From Deltaproteobacteria bacterium (lineage in GTDB: Bacteria > Desulfobacterota_D > UBA1144 > Nemesobacterales > CSP1-2): a DNA stretch of 64,000 nucleotides. The DNA lies in NCBI GenBank assembly GCA_016187835.1, contig JACPIY010000104.1, forward strand, positions 5,327 through 69,326. The letters are read 5' to 3'. The translations under genes and the position numbers were made by a program. Below, piece after piece: positions 10,025 through 19,638 of the stretch. The stretch's first letter is position 1. Each line of letters opens with the position of its first letter. Below the pieces are notes generated by a model. That model ran no database searches, was not told the DNA's origin, and saw only the letters and a list, made by a program, of their open reading frames with translations.

Positions 10025-11638
10025 ATGGCAAATCACACTATTGCCGAAACCCTGTATGTTCCGTATCTGGATGAAAAAGGGATACTTTCTTGGCTCCTTT
10101 CCACTGATCACAAACGGATAGGAATCATGTACCTCATCTCTATCTCAACCTCTTTCCTCATAGCCGGGATTTCGTCCCTTCTTATGAGGCTTGAGCTCAT
10201 AGCACCCGGTAAAACCATTGTAGACGCACATCAATACAACGTGCTCTTTACATTTCATGGAACTGTTATGGTCTTCTTCTTTATCGTACCAGGGCTTGCT
10301 GCAAGCTTGGGAAACTTTCTTATTCCCCTAATGATAGGAGCACGGGATGTGGCATTCCCGAAACTTAACCTTGGAAGCTACTGGCTTTATTTGCTAGGGG
10401 CAACAATCCTCCTAATCTCCCTTTTAAAACCGGCAGATACGGGCTGGACGTTCTACACTCCTTATAGCATCAAGACTGGAACCGATGTTATTCTCCTTAC
10501 TACGGGGATTTTTATACTGGGTATGTCTTCAATTCTTACAGGACTTAATTTTATTGTAACCATACACAAGCTAAGAGCACCAGGGATGACGTGGCATCGT
10601 CTTAATCTTTTTGTATGGGCTTCCTATGCAACAGCCATACTTCAGCTTCTTGCAACCCCGGTGGTTGGTATTACGCTCCTTCTGCTTATTATGGAGAGGG
10701 TTTTTGGAATCGGCTTCTTTGACCCTGCAAAGGGGGGAGACCCGATTTTATTCCAGAACTTTTTTTGGTTCTATTCACATCCTGCGGTCTACATCATGAT
10801 ACTTCCTGCTTTTGGAGTAATCTCGGAAATAATACCGGTCTTTTCCCGAAAACCTATCTTTGGTTACAAAGCTATGGCTTATTCTCTTCTCGCAATAGCT
10901 CTTATCAGCTTCCTTGTCTGGGCTCATCACATGTTTGTAAGCGGTATGTCGGAAGTAGCAGCGACGATTTTCTCTTTTCTTACTATGCTTGTCGCTATTC
11001 CTACAGCAATCAAGGTTTTTAACTGGACGGCAACCTTGTACAAAGGCTCTATACAATTACACTCCGCCATGCTTTACGCACTCTCTCTTATTTTCCTTTT
11101 TACTATAGGGGGACTTACAGGTGTTTTCCTTGGTTCACTTGCTGTGGATGTGCATCTACATGACACGTACTTTGTTGTTGCACACATGCACTACGTCATG
11201 ATAGGTGGAACTGTAATGGGCTTCTTTGGTGCACTTCACTTCTGGTATCCAAAGATGTTTGGGAAGATGTTTAATGAAAAGGTTGCAAAGGTTGCGTGGG
11301 CATTAATATTTATTGGTTTTAATGTGACTTTCTTTCCTCAGTTTATCCTGGGAACACTGGGAATGCCGAGAAGATACGCCGACTATCCCCCTGAATTTCA
11401 CTCGCTTCACGAGCTTTCAACTATTGGTTCTTTGATTTTGGGAATAGGGGTATTCATTATGACTGTAAATCTGTTAAGAGGGCTTACTAATGGAGAAAAA
11501 GCGCCCGAAAATCCGTATAACTCCGTATCATTAGAGTGGCAAGTGCCATCCCCACCGCCACACGAAAACTTCGAAAAAATACCTGTCGTGACTGACTATC
11601 CTTATGTATACGGGAAAAAGAATACACAGGAGGGCTAA
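10025..11638 (+). CDS. ctaD: cytochrome c oxidase subunit I (heme-copper oxidase A-family)
   Basis: 537 aa, 12 TM; canonical HPAVYIMILPAFG, WAHHMF and HDTYFVVAHMHYV motifs. Confidence 0.95.
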   Translation: MANHTIAETLYVPYLDEKGILSWLLSTDHKRIGIMYLISISTSFLIAGISSLLMRLELIAPGKTIVDAHQYNVLFTFHGTVMVFFFIVPGLAASLGNFLIPLMIGARDVAFPKLNLGSYWLYLLGATILLISLLKPADTGWTFYTPYSIKTGTDVILLTTGIFILGMSSILTGLNFIVTIHKLRAPGMTWHRLNLFVWASYATAILQLLATPVVGITLLLLIMERVFGIGFFDPAKGGDPILFQNFFWFYSHPAVYIMILPAFGVISEIIPVFSRKPIFGYKAMAYSLLAIALISFLVWAHHMFVSGMSEVAATIFSFLTMLVAIPTAIKVFNWTATLYKGSIQLHSAMLYALSLIFLFTIGGLTGVFLGSLAVDVHLHDTYFVVAHMHYVMIGGTVMGFFGALHFWYPKMFGKMFNEKVAKVAWALIFIGFNVTFFPQFILGTLGMPRRYADYPPEFHSLHELSTIGSLILGIGVFIMTVNLLRGLTNGEKAPENPYNSVSLEWQVPSPPPHENFEKIPVVTDYPYVYGKKNTQEG

Positions 11639-11643
11639 TTTAA

Positions 11644-12255
11644 ATGGAAGAAATAGCAATGGAAGATACCCATAGTCACGGACATCAGATAGACCCTAAA
11701 GTTGAATATTCGGCAGCAAAATTTGGAATGTGGCTTTTTCTCGGTACTGAGATTCTACTCTTTGGAGGTCTTTTTGCGGCTTATGCGATTTTCAGGGCAA
11801 AGTATGCGGAGCTCTTTCATGAACAGCACAAAGAGCTTGATGTGACCCTCGGTGCCATAAACACCGTAGTGCTAATCTTTAGCAGTTTGACTATGGCCAT
11901 GGGTGTTTCGGCAATTCAGCGTGGAAAGAGAAACCTTCTTAGCATCCTTTTGGTCATAACGATTCTCTGCGGCATCGCATTCGGAGTCAACAAGTACTTT
12001 GAATACGGCGCCAAGTTTGAGCATCACCTAACTCCAGGCACCAGCATTTTCTTTGCCCTCTACTTCATGATGACAGGGCTTCACATGCTACACGTCTTTG
12101 CAGGCATTACTATTCTTACCGTATTGCTTGTGCTTAATTTGAAGGGGAAATTCTCAGCCAACTATAACACGCCAATAGAGGTAGGCGGTCTTTACTGGCA
12201 CCTGGTAGACCTTATATGGATATATCTATTCCCACTGCTTTATCTAATATCGTGA
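11644..12255 (+). CDS. ctaE: cytochrome c oxidase subunit III
   Basis: 203 aa, multi-TM, follows subunit I by 5 nt; conserved FFALYFMMTGLHMLHV. Confidence 0.9.
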   Translation: MEEIAMEDTHSHGHQIDPKVEYSAAKFGMWLFLGTEILLFGGLFAAYAIFRAKYAELFHEQHKELDVTLGAINTVVLIFSSLTMAMGVSAIQRGKRNLLSILLVITILCGIAFGVNKYFEYGAKFEHHLTPGTSIFFALYFMMTGLHMLHVFAGITILTVLLVLNLKGKFSANYNTPIEVGGLYWHLVDLIWIYLFPLLYLIS

Positions 12256-12272
12256 ACGGAGGATAACTAATT

Positions 12273-12599
12273 ATGGCGACAAAAACACATAGCGAAGAAC
12301 ATCATCATGATCATGAAGAACCCCATATTGTAGGAAACTCAGTTTATATAATAGTTTGGGTTGCCCTTATGATTTTAACCGGGATTACAGTTTGGGTTGC
12401 TCGTCATAACTTTGGAGTATTCAATATAGTGGTTGCCCTTGGGATTGCCTCAATAAAGGCTTCAATTGTTGCTCTATTTTTCATGCACCTTAAATACGAG
12501 GATAAACTCACCTGGACTTTTGCTCTTTATCCACTGTTTCTTCTTGCGCTACTCATAGGCTTAACCGCGAGCGACGTGTTCTACAGATTATCACCTTAA
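12273..12599 (+). CDS. ctaF: cytochrome c oxidase subunit IV (caa3 small subunit, CtaF-like)
   Basis: 108 aa, His-rich N-terminus plus 3 TM helices; position immediately after subunit III. Confidence 0.7.
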   Translation: MATKTHSEEHHHDHEEPHIVGNSVYIIVWVALMILTGITVWVARHNFGVFNIVVALGIASIKASIVALFFMHLKYEDKLTWTFALYPLFLLALLIGLTASDVFYRLSP

Positions 12600-12605
12600 G
12601 GTTAT

Positions 12606-13460
12606 ATGCTAGGCAAAATCACCGTTTTCCTTTTTCTTCTACTCCTAATATGGGGAAATGTAGTTGCGGGATTGGGAGTAGGACTTGCGTGTCCCGACTG
12701 GCCTCTTTGTCATGGTAAGATCATTCCTCCACCCCAATTTGATATTTATATGGAGTGGATGCATAGGAATATCGGTCTTGTAGCTACTATTTTTCTTTTC
12801 ATTCTCTCTTATAAAAGATTTCGCAATTACTCAGGCTCTGCCAGATCAATTCCCGTCATTACGATATTTTTGCTATTATTTCAGATAGTCCTCGGAGGAA
12901 TTGTAGTCCTTTTGGAGCTTCCTGTTGATTTTACAACAGTCCACTTTGCAAATGCTCTTATTATATTCGCCTTAGTATTTTACATGGCGTTCTTTGATGG
13001 AAAGGAAAAAATGCCTTCATTCTCAATCGAGGGATTTAGCTTACTATTCGTCATTTTAGGACTGATGGTTTTCTGCCAAGCGGTTTTAGGAGCCTATGTA
13101 AGGCACTCAGGAGCAGGGCTTGCCTGTCCTGATTTCCCCAAATGTCTTGGCTTTTGGATCCCTCCAGAGCTTTCAGGGACAGTTCTAGCTCACTTCTCGC
13201 ACCGAATCCTCGCCTATCTAATTTTCATTACTGTAGCAATATTTTACGCCCTTTCGTACTTCAGTCTCGGGTTAAGGGCTAACCGTTCGAAAATATCTAT
13301 TTTACTTGTACTTATTTTCCTTCAAATTATATTGGGTGTAAGCGTTATCCATTCCAAGCTCTTTTTCTTGACAGCTGCTCTCCACCTTTCAATAGCTCTT
13401 TTGATACTCTCCACAGTCCTTTATGCTTGGTTTCAAGAGATGAAAGAAAACCGTGTATAA
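12606..13460 (+). CDS. ctaA: heme A synthase (CtaA/COX15)
   Basis: 284 aa, 8 TM; paired Cys loops GLACPDWPLCHG and GLACPDFPKCLG typical of type-1 CtaA. Confidence 0.85.
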   Translation: MLGKITVFLFLLLLIWGNVVAGLGVGLACPDWPLCHGKIIPPPQFDIYMEWMHRNIGLVATIFLFILSYKRFRNYSGSARSIPVITIFLLLFQIVLGGIVVLLELPVDFTTVHFANALIIFALVFYMAFFDGKEKMPSFSIEGFSLLFVILGLMVFCQAVLGAYVRHSGAGLACPDFPKCLGFWIPPELSGTVLAHFSHRILAYLIFITVAIFYALSYFSLGLRANRSKISILLVLIFLQIILGVSVIHSKLFFLTAALHLSIALLILSTVLYAWFQEMKENRV

Positions 13461-13504
13461 TTTATATAGTACAGAATTAAATTCATATAGATAAATAAGA
13501 AACC

Positions 13505-14425
13505 ATGGCGACGCAGGAAATGGCTTTAGGTAAGATTGTAGCTTCAACCGTACTCCTTCTAAAACCTAGAATTATTATTAGTGTAGCATTTACGGGATTT
13601 GCGGGAATGGTGCTTGCCCTGCGTGGAATTCCAAGCTTTGATTTAACTCTATTTGCAATCTCATCCTTACTTCTAAGTGCAGCCGGAGCCGCGATTTTGA
13701 ACAATATCCTGGACAGGCAAGTAGATATTTTCATGGAAAGATTGACTAAGCGTGTTGAAGCACTTGAAGTAGTTGGGGGAAAAACCGCACTTTTGATAGC
13801 GTTACTATTTATAACAGTTTCCCTATTTATCTCCTTTTATTTTCTTAACATCGTAAATGGAATCCTTATTATCTCCGCCATCTTGAGCTACACCATTCTT
13901 TATACACTTTATCTAAAGCGCAGTTCTCCTTATGGAACCATCCTTGGAGGAATTCCGGGAGCTCTTCCAGTTCTAATTGGTTATTCGGCGATAAATCCCA
14001 GTATAGAAATTGATGGGTTAATATTATTTCTCTTTATGATCCTCTGGCAGCCGCCTCATTTCTGGGCTCTTGCGCAGAAGTACAAGGATGATTACAAGAG
14101 AGCCGGGGTACCGGTAATGCCAGTTGTACTAGGCACGAAGTATACGAATATCCTAATGCTTCTTTACTCCCTGTCCCTTCTTCCGCTTTCTCTTTCTCTT
14201 TGGTTTTTTGGATATTGCTCTTCCTATTACGCAATTTCGGTTATTGTGGCTGGCATCTATTTTGAGTATGCCGTTATCAGAAGCGTTATTAAAAATTCAG
14301 AATATGGTAAAGCATTTGGCGTCTCTATCTTATATATGCTGGTTCTTATGGCCTCCCTTGTAATAGACGTTTCTCTAAATTCAGGGAAAGTAACGGCTCT
14401 GACAATAATGCGATTTCCCCAATAA
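13505..14425 (+). CDS. ctaB: protoheme IX farnesyltransferase (heme O synthase)
   Basis: 306 aa UbiA-family prenyltransferase; NNILDRQVD and YKDDYKRAGVPVMPV motifs. Confidence 0.9.
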   Translation: MATQEMALGKIVASTVLLLKPRIIISVAFTGFAGMVLALRGIPSFDLTLFAISSLLLSAAGAAILNNILDRQVDIFMERLTKRVEALEVVGGKTALLIALLFITVSLFISFYFLNIVNGILIISAILSYTILYTLYLKRSSPYGTILGGIPGALPVLIGYSAINPSIEIDGLILFLFMILWQPPHFWALAQKYKDDYKRAGVPVMPVVLGTKYTNILMLLYSLSLLPLSLSLWFFGYCSSYYAISVIVAGIYFEYAVIRSVIKNSEYGKAFGVSILYMLVLMASLVIDVSLNSGKVTALTIMRFPQ

Positions 14426-14951
14426 CAAACTCCCTCTTTCTACAGTAATAACCAGTTTTTTTAAAATATCCAAAATAAAAAAGCAAGAGTAAAACAGCAA
14501 AGCCAGAACAAAGTCAGGGTAAACCCGTCAGCTTACATTTTCCTTTTAACTCGATAATTCCCTTAGCTTGTGTCATTGCGAACACATTTACTTCGTTCAG
14601 TGTAAACTCCGTGAAGCAATCTGACACGAGGTGTCATTCCGAATGCAGTGAGGAATCTCAATAGATTGCTTCGTCGCGGAGTCTACCCTGAGCCTGCCGA
14701 AGGGCTCCTCGCAATGACAGTTGTGACGGTATTATTATAAGACCATGCCCTTGCTTCAGGGTTATTGATTAAATCACTCTGAAACTTTTTCAGGTTTATG
14801 TCATCTAAACGATTGGAGTTTAATAGGGTTTTAGAATGTATTAGTATAACGCTTTCAGGGGGGCTCACAGCTCTAGTAATATCACAGAAGATTAAGTAAC
14901 TTAGAACTAATCAGCAGAGGATAAATTTTAAAAGGCGCCGGAGAAAAAGAA

Positions 14952-15623
14952 GTGTGGGAAACAGGATTTCTAAGAAAGATTATTAGCACTATTACCGGAG
15001 GGAAAGATTCAAGAGAAAGTGCTCTTTCAACCTCAGATGAAAAGCTTATCGAAACTTTTATCAATGAAAATAACGAAAGTGCTTTTGAAGAAATAGTAAG
15101 CCGATATGTGGATAAAATCTACGGACTTGCATTAAGAATTACCCGAAACCCTAACGATGCAGAAGAAGTTTTACAGGATGTTTTCCTCACTCTTGCAAAA
15201 AAGATTGACACATTTAGAGGGGAAGCCAAGTTTTCAAGCTGGCTTTACAGAGTTACTGTAAACGCAAGCTATATGCATCTCAGGGCAGAGAGAAAGCACG
15301 AGACAGATATTAGCCTTGAGGATTACGTTCCATACGATGAGAACGGGACACTTATGGGCAGAGTTGCATCAAAAGACTGGAGCGAGAGACCTGATAAAGC
15401 ACTTTTTAGCAAAGAAGCGATGGAGATGATAGAGAAAGCTGTAAAAGAACTACCTGAGTCTTATAGAGTGGTTTTCCATCTAAGGGATATAGAGGGGCTC
15501 TCAAACGAGGAAGTATCGGAAATACTGGGGCTTTCAGTTGCGGCAGTAAAGTCAAGGCTTCATAGAGGAAGGCTCTTTTTAAGAGATAAACTCTCAGACT
15601 ACTTTTATGAATGGAGCAGGTAA
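14952..15623 (+). CDS. RNA polymerase ECF-type sigma-70 family factor
   Basis: 223 aa; region 2 (YVDKIYGLALRITRNPNDAEEVLQDVFL) and region 4 HTH (GLSNEEVSEILGLSVAAVKSRLHRGR); GTG start in ORF track. Confidence 0.9.
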   Translation: MWETGFLRKIISTITGGKDSRESALSTSDEKLIETFINENNESAFEEIVSRYVDKIYGLALRITRNPNDAEEVLQDVFLTLAKKIDTFRGEAKFSSWLYRVTVNASYMHLRAERKHETDISLEDYVPYDENGTLMGRVASKDWSERPDKALFSKEAMEMIEKAVKELPESYRVVFHLRDIEGLSNEEVSEILGLSVAAVKSRLHRGRLFLRDKLSDYFYEWSR

Positions 15624-15867
15624 AAAAATGGCTATGTGTAAGGACGTAGTAGAAAATATAATTGGATACATTGAGGCGGAGCTAGACGATAAAACGCTGG
15701 AAGAGTTGGAAAGACATGCCGGTGAATGCCCTGAGTGTCAGGCATTTGTTAGGACGTACAGAAGGATGCTTGAACTTTGTGGAAAACTCAGGGAAAGAAC
15801 GTTTGTCACCCCTCAAATTAGAAGAAGGCTCAAGGATTTTCTAAAATCTCAGACTAGGTCCAAATAA
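15607..15867 (+). CDS. zinc-finger (ZAS-type) anti-sigma factor, soluble
   Basis: 86 aa; H-x3-C-x2-C motif (HAGECPECQ); overlaps sigma gene stop by 17 nt; no TM segment. Confidence 0.75.
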   Translation: MNGAGKKMAMCKDVVENIIGYIEAELDDKTLEELERHAGECPECQAFVRTYRRMLELCGKLRERTFVTPQIRRRLKDFLKSQTRSK

Positions 15868-16139
15868 CTCACGAAATTCTTTTAGGGATTTGGGCTGCCC
15901 ACCTTTACTATTACTATGAAGAACATTTTAATCACCTTAATTCCGGTTTTATTAATTTCTTTGTATGACGAAATTATCATCTAAAGGTTTCGGGATTATA
16001 AAATTGAAAGTATAGTTTACAACTTTCTATCTTGGTTATAACATTCTAGCAAAGGAATTTTTTTAGTACGAGAGCAAAAGTTTTTCCAGGAAAACCTTTT
16101 ATACATAAGAAAATGTAAAACTGGGGAAGGAAATCCAAA

Positions 16140-17112
16140 ATGTTTCCAGCCATTGTTTTTATCTCATTTGTAATAGCCGTCGCTCACATGATTGGAATGG
16201 TCTTCTTTATTTGGTGGATTGACCGCTTCCATCGGGAGCCTTTGCGTTATCTGTTTGGGTCTTTCCTCCGGGGTGCGTTTGGAGCATTTATTCTCTCCGT
16301 GATCGGTTTCGAACTCAGTCTAGAGATTTTCGGCGAACTTTCATCCGAAAGAGAAATCGCCATAGGTACTACGGTAGTGGCACCGATAGTCGAAGAAGCG
16401 ATGAAAGGATTGGTCATATTTTTCTTACTGCGTTATCGGGATTTTGATAATGTCACCGATGGTCTTGTGTATGGTGCAGCGGCTGGGCTTTGGTATGACC
16501 GAAAATTTCTTCTATTTTATAGGATATGCCAGACAGCAGCCCATAGAGGAATGGCTGAACCTGCTCTTTATTAGAAGCGTATTTACTGCATATATGCACT
16601 CTGCAGCTACCGCGACTTTTGGTGCCGGAGTTAGTCGCTTGAAAAATAGCGGCTGGGGAGCTGTTTTCTCGGTTATTTGTTTTTACATAATTGCAGTGAT
16701 CTTACATGCAGGCTGGAATACCCTTTTGAGTATTGAAAAACCTGAGACTGGAGGCCTGGCTATCTTACTTTTGCTTCTTTATTTCGGGATTATCTTTCTT
16801 TTGTTTGTCTTCGGCATTCGTAAAGAACGAAGACAACGGGAGAAACTCCTTGAAGAAGAATTTGCCGCAGGGATTCTGCCGTCGAATTTTAAGAAGATAC
16901 TTTTTTCTTATCGCGCAATGCGAAAGGGCAACTGGTTTCCAACTTATCTAAACAAGGACAAATACCTTTCACTTGTTAGCCGTCTTGCAATGCGTAAATC
17001 GGCCTACACTAGGGCAACCGAGAATCGTCGTAAGGTTCTTGACGGAGAAATAACAGAGATAAGACAGGAGCTAAAGCGTTTTTCCGATCTGATTGTGCAG
17101 ATTCCAGAATAG
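16140..17112 (+). pseudogene. prsW: PrsW-family intramembrane metalloprotease, interrupted by a frameshift near 16485-16500
   Basis: ORFs 16140..16574 and 16444..17112 in different frames together carry the PrsW motifs (EEAMKGL, YGAAAGL/GFGMTENFFY, HAGWNT); neither ORF alone is a complete PrsW. Confidence 0.7.
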
Positions 17113-17321
17113 AAGGAATTTCCATGATGTAACATCATGGTGTCTATTAAGAAAGAGTACACTAACAACATTAAGTAACCGGTTTTATTTGACATTCTGA
17201 CCTATTTCTTGATAATATTTAAGACGGTTTGGTTTCATGAATCTTCCACTGCTTTTTTCTATTTGATGCATACCATTTATTATTAACTTCATATCGCATT
17301 AAATAATGCCAAAGCAAAATT

Positions 17322-18477
17322 ATGACAATGGATAGTTCGAATAAAACCGTTGACCTCTCTTCTCTTAGAATCGAACGCGACAAGCCGCCATCGAGAAGGC
17401 GTTTCCTAACACCTTTGATTGGGGTGCTGATTCTTGGACTAGTACTTTTCTTTTTTTTTTCGTGTCGCCCCACGGTTCTTTACATTCCTAAGCCCGGAGG
17501 TCTCCATAGCACGTGCAATCTTAGTGTCTCCCTCTCAGGCTGCAACAGTGCTCACAGCTTCGGGCTACATTGTGGCTCGAAGCAAGGCGGAGATTTCACC
17601 CAAGTCAGTGGGCCGTATTGCCTGGATCAATCTTGAAGAGGGACAGAGAGTGCGAAAAGGAGAACTCGTTGCACGTCTGGAAAATCAAGAACTTATGGCG
17701 CAGAAGACTGAAGCACTGGTTAACTTGGCAAACGCAAGGAAGGAACTAGCCAGACAAAAGGAGCTTTTTGCCAAGGGTATTACAACACGACAGGCATTAG
17801 ACAATGCTCAGACACAGGTGGAAGTGTTCGAAGCTCAACTTCGATTTATTGAGGAGCAGATTCGCAATACGGAGATCTATGCCCCAATTGATGGTGTGGT
17901 AACGGTCAAGAAAGCTTTTCTGGGAGAGACGGTAACTCCACAGGGTTTTGGAGCTGGTACCGCTGGTGCTACATTCGCGATTATTGTTGATCTAGACTCG
18001 CTAGAGATGGAAGCAGACATTAATGAGCAGAACGTTGGAAAGCTTCGGCTAGGCATGCCGGCAGAAGTGGTTCTTGATGCCTATCCGGATCGTGCTTACA
18101 AGGCCCGACTTCGTCAGATAGTTCCTACCGCAGACCGACAAAAAGGTTCGGTCAAGGTAAAAGTAGAACTTCTGGAAAAGGATGAGATGGTTCTACCGGA
18201 AATGTCCAGTCGAGTTTATTTCCAGAGTCCGGAAATCCTCCAAGACGGAAAACCCAGAGTGATGATTCCCATTTCTTCGGTCGTTGAAAAAGACGGTAAA
18301 AAGGGAGTTTTTCTAGTTCGGCAAGATAATGTTCGATTCCAACCGGTCACCCTTGAAAACTCAACAGGATCGCAAGTAGAGGTAAAAGAAGGACTCTCGG
18401 GAGGGGAAGAACTGGTTGTTGAGGCTGCCAATCTTAATCTGGAAGATGGTCAAAAGATAAGGCGTAGGAGCGAGTAA
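17322..18477 (+). CDS. HlyD/MacA-family periplasmic adaptor subunit of a tripartite efflux system; N-terminal TM segment encoded in a different frame (apparent frameshift)
   Basis: ORF 17524..18477 (317 aa) has the coiled-coil and beta-barrel adaptor regions; ORF 17322..17636 supplies the cytoplasmic N-terminus plus TM helix, then runs out of frame after a T-homopolymer (17452-17461). Confidence 0.7.
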
Positions 18478-18554
18478 TAGTTATTATTTCATAGATGGCT
18501 GGATAGTTTTGCAGGAGCACCATCCCTGGCGCGACCAGCCTTCAAATTGCGGCT

Positions 18555-18582
18555 AGACTTCGTCGTGAGCTTAGTCGAACGA
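18555..18582. repeat. 28-nt intergenic repeat AGACTTCGTCGTGAGCTTAGTCGAACGA (copy 1)
   Basis: 27/28 identical to the reverse complement of 34208..34235. Confidence 0.6.
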
Positions 18583-18667
18583 AGCCGCTCCTACAGAATT
18601 AATTTTGAATCAGGTACCTCAAAAATTGAAATGTTATCATTTATGAGATGTGTTCTAGGAAATTCTG

Positions 18668-19423
18668 ATGAATAATCCTCTCATTCGAGTAGAAAAAATC
18701 GTTAAGAAATATCATCGCGGCGCTGAGGAGCTTACGGTTTTAAACGGCCTCAACTTGAACATTGAGGACGGAGAGTTCATAGCCTTGATGGGGCCATCCG
18801 GTTCAGGTAAGACCACGCTTCTTAATCTAATTGCCGGAATTGACCGCCCTACTTCAGGACATGTCTTTGTGAGAACTGATGATATCTCATCTATGAGTGA
18901 GTCGGGACTGGCAGAGTGGCGGAGTCGACACATCGGGTTTATTTTTCAGACCTATAACTTGATTCCGGTCTTAACTGCCTATGAGAATGTGGAACTCCCG
19001 CTCTTGCTCACTCCACTTGGAGGAGCGGAGCGACGTAAGCACGTGGAAATAGCGCTTTATATCGTGGGATTGGCTGATCGAATGTCACACTATCCAAGCC
19101 AGCTTTCCGGAGGGCAGGAGCAGCGGGTTGCAATTGCCCGGGCAATTGTGACCGACCCTACACTCCTCATTGCCGACGAACCGACCGGTGACCTGGATGC
19201 TAAGAGTGCAGAGGAAGTGCTTGTTCTCCTAGAGCGTTTGAATATCGAGTTTAAGAAGACGATAGTTATGGTGACACACGACCCGAAAGCAGCAGCGCGT
19301 GCACGCAGGCTTGTACGCTTAGAGAAGGGGATTTTAATTGAGGAGAACCATATGGATGGCCACAGTTCATCTGGACTCACTGACGGAATTAATGTTTCAG
19401 GTATTTCTGCTAAATCTGAATGA
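18668..19423 (+). CDS. ABC transporter ATP-binding protein, MacB/LolD type
   Basis: 251 aa; Walker A GPSGSGKTT, signature LSGGQEQRVAIARA, Walker B LLIADEPTGDLD. Confidence 0.9.
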   Translation: MNNPLIRVEKIVKKYHRGAEELTVLNGLNLNIEDGEFIALMGPSGSGKTTLLNLIAGIDRPTSGHVFVRTDDISSMSESGLAEWRSRHIGFIFQTYNLIPVLTAYENVELPLLLTPLGGAERRKHVEIALYIVGLADRMSHYPSQLSGGQEQRVAIARAIVTDPTLLIADEPTGDLDAKSAEEVLVLLERLNIEFKKTIVMVTHDPKAAARARRLVRLEKGILIEENHMDGHSSSGLTDGINVSGISAKSE

Positions 19424-19638
19424 TTAGTATTTGCAAAAACATGAAATTAATTTGGTCAAACAACCCGTTCGTCCTGAGCCAAGTCAAAGGACGCTTTTGC
19501 GGCGGGGTGAACGCATATTATCCTTCGATGAACTCAGGATGAGCGGATATTCATCCATTGAGCAGGTAGAGGATTGAACGACTCCGTGGATAAGACTAGT
19601 ATTCAATCGGATTTTGTGTTAATAGTGGCTAAACAAAA

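Noticed and set aside
13483-13734. 83-aa minus-strand ORF spanning the ctaA/ctaB junction
   Set aside because: Overlaps two confidently assigned genes on the opposite strand.
14426-14951. Possibility that the structured intergenic region is tmRNA, RNase P RNA, SRP RNA or 6S RNA
   Set aside because: None of the universally conserved motifs of these RNAs were found by eye; kept as an unassigned structured element instead.
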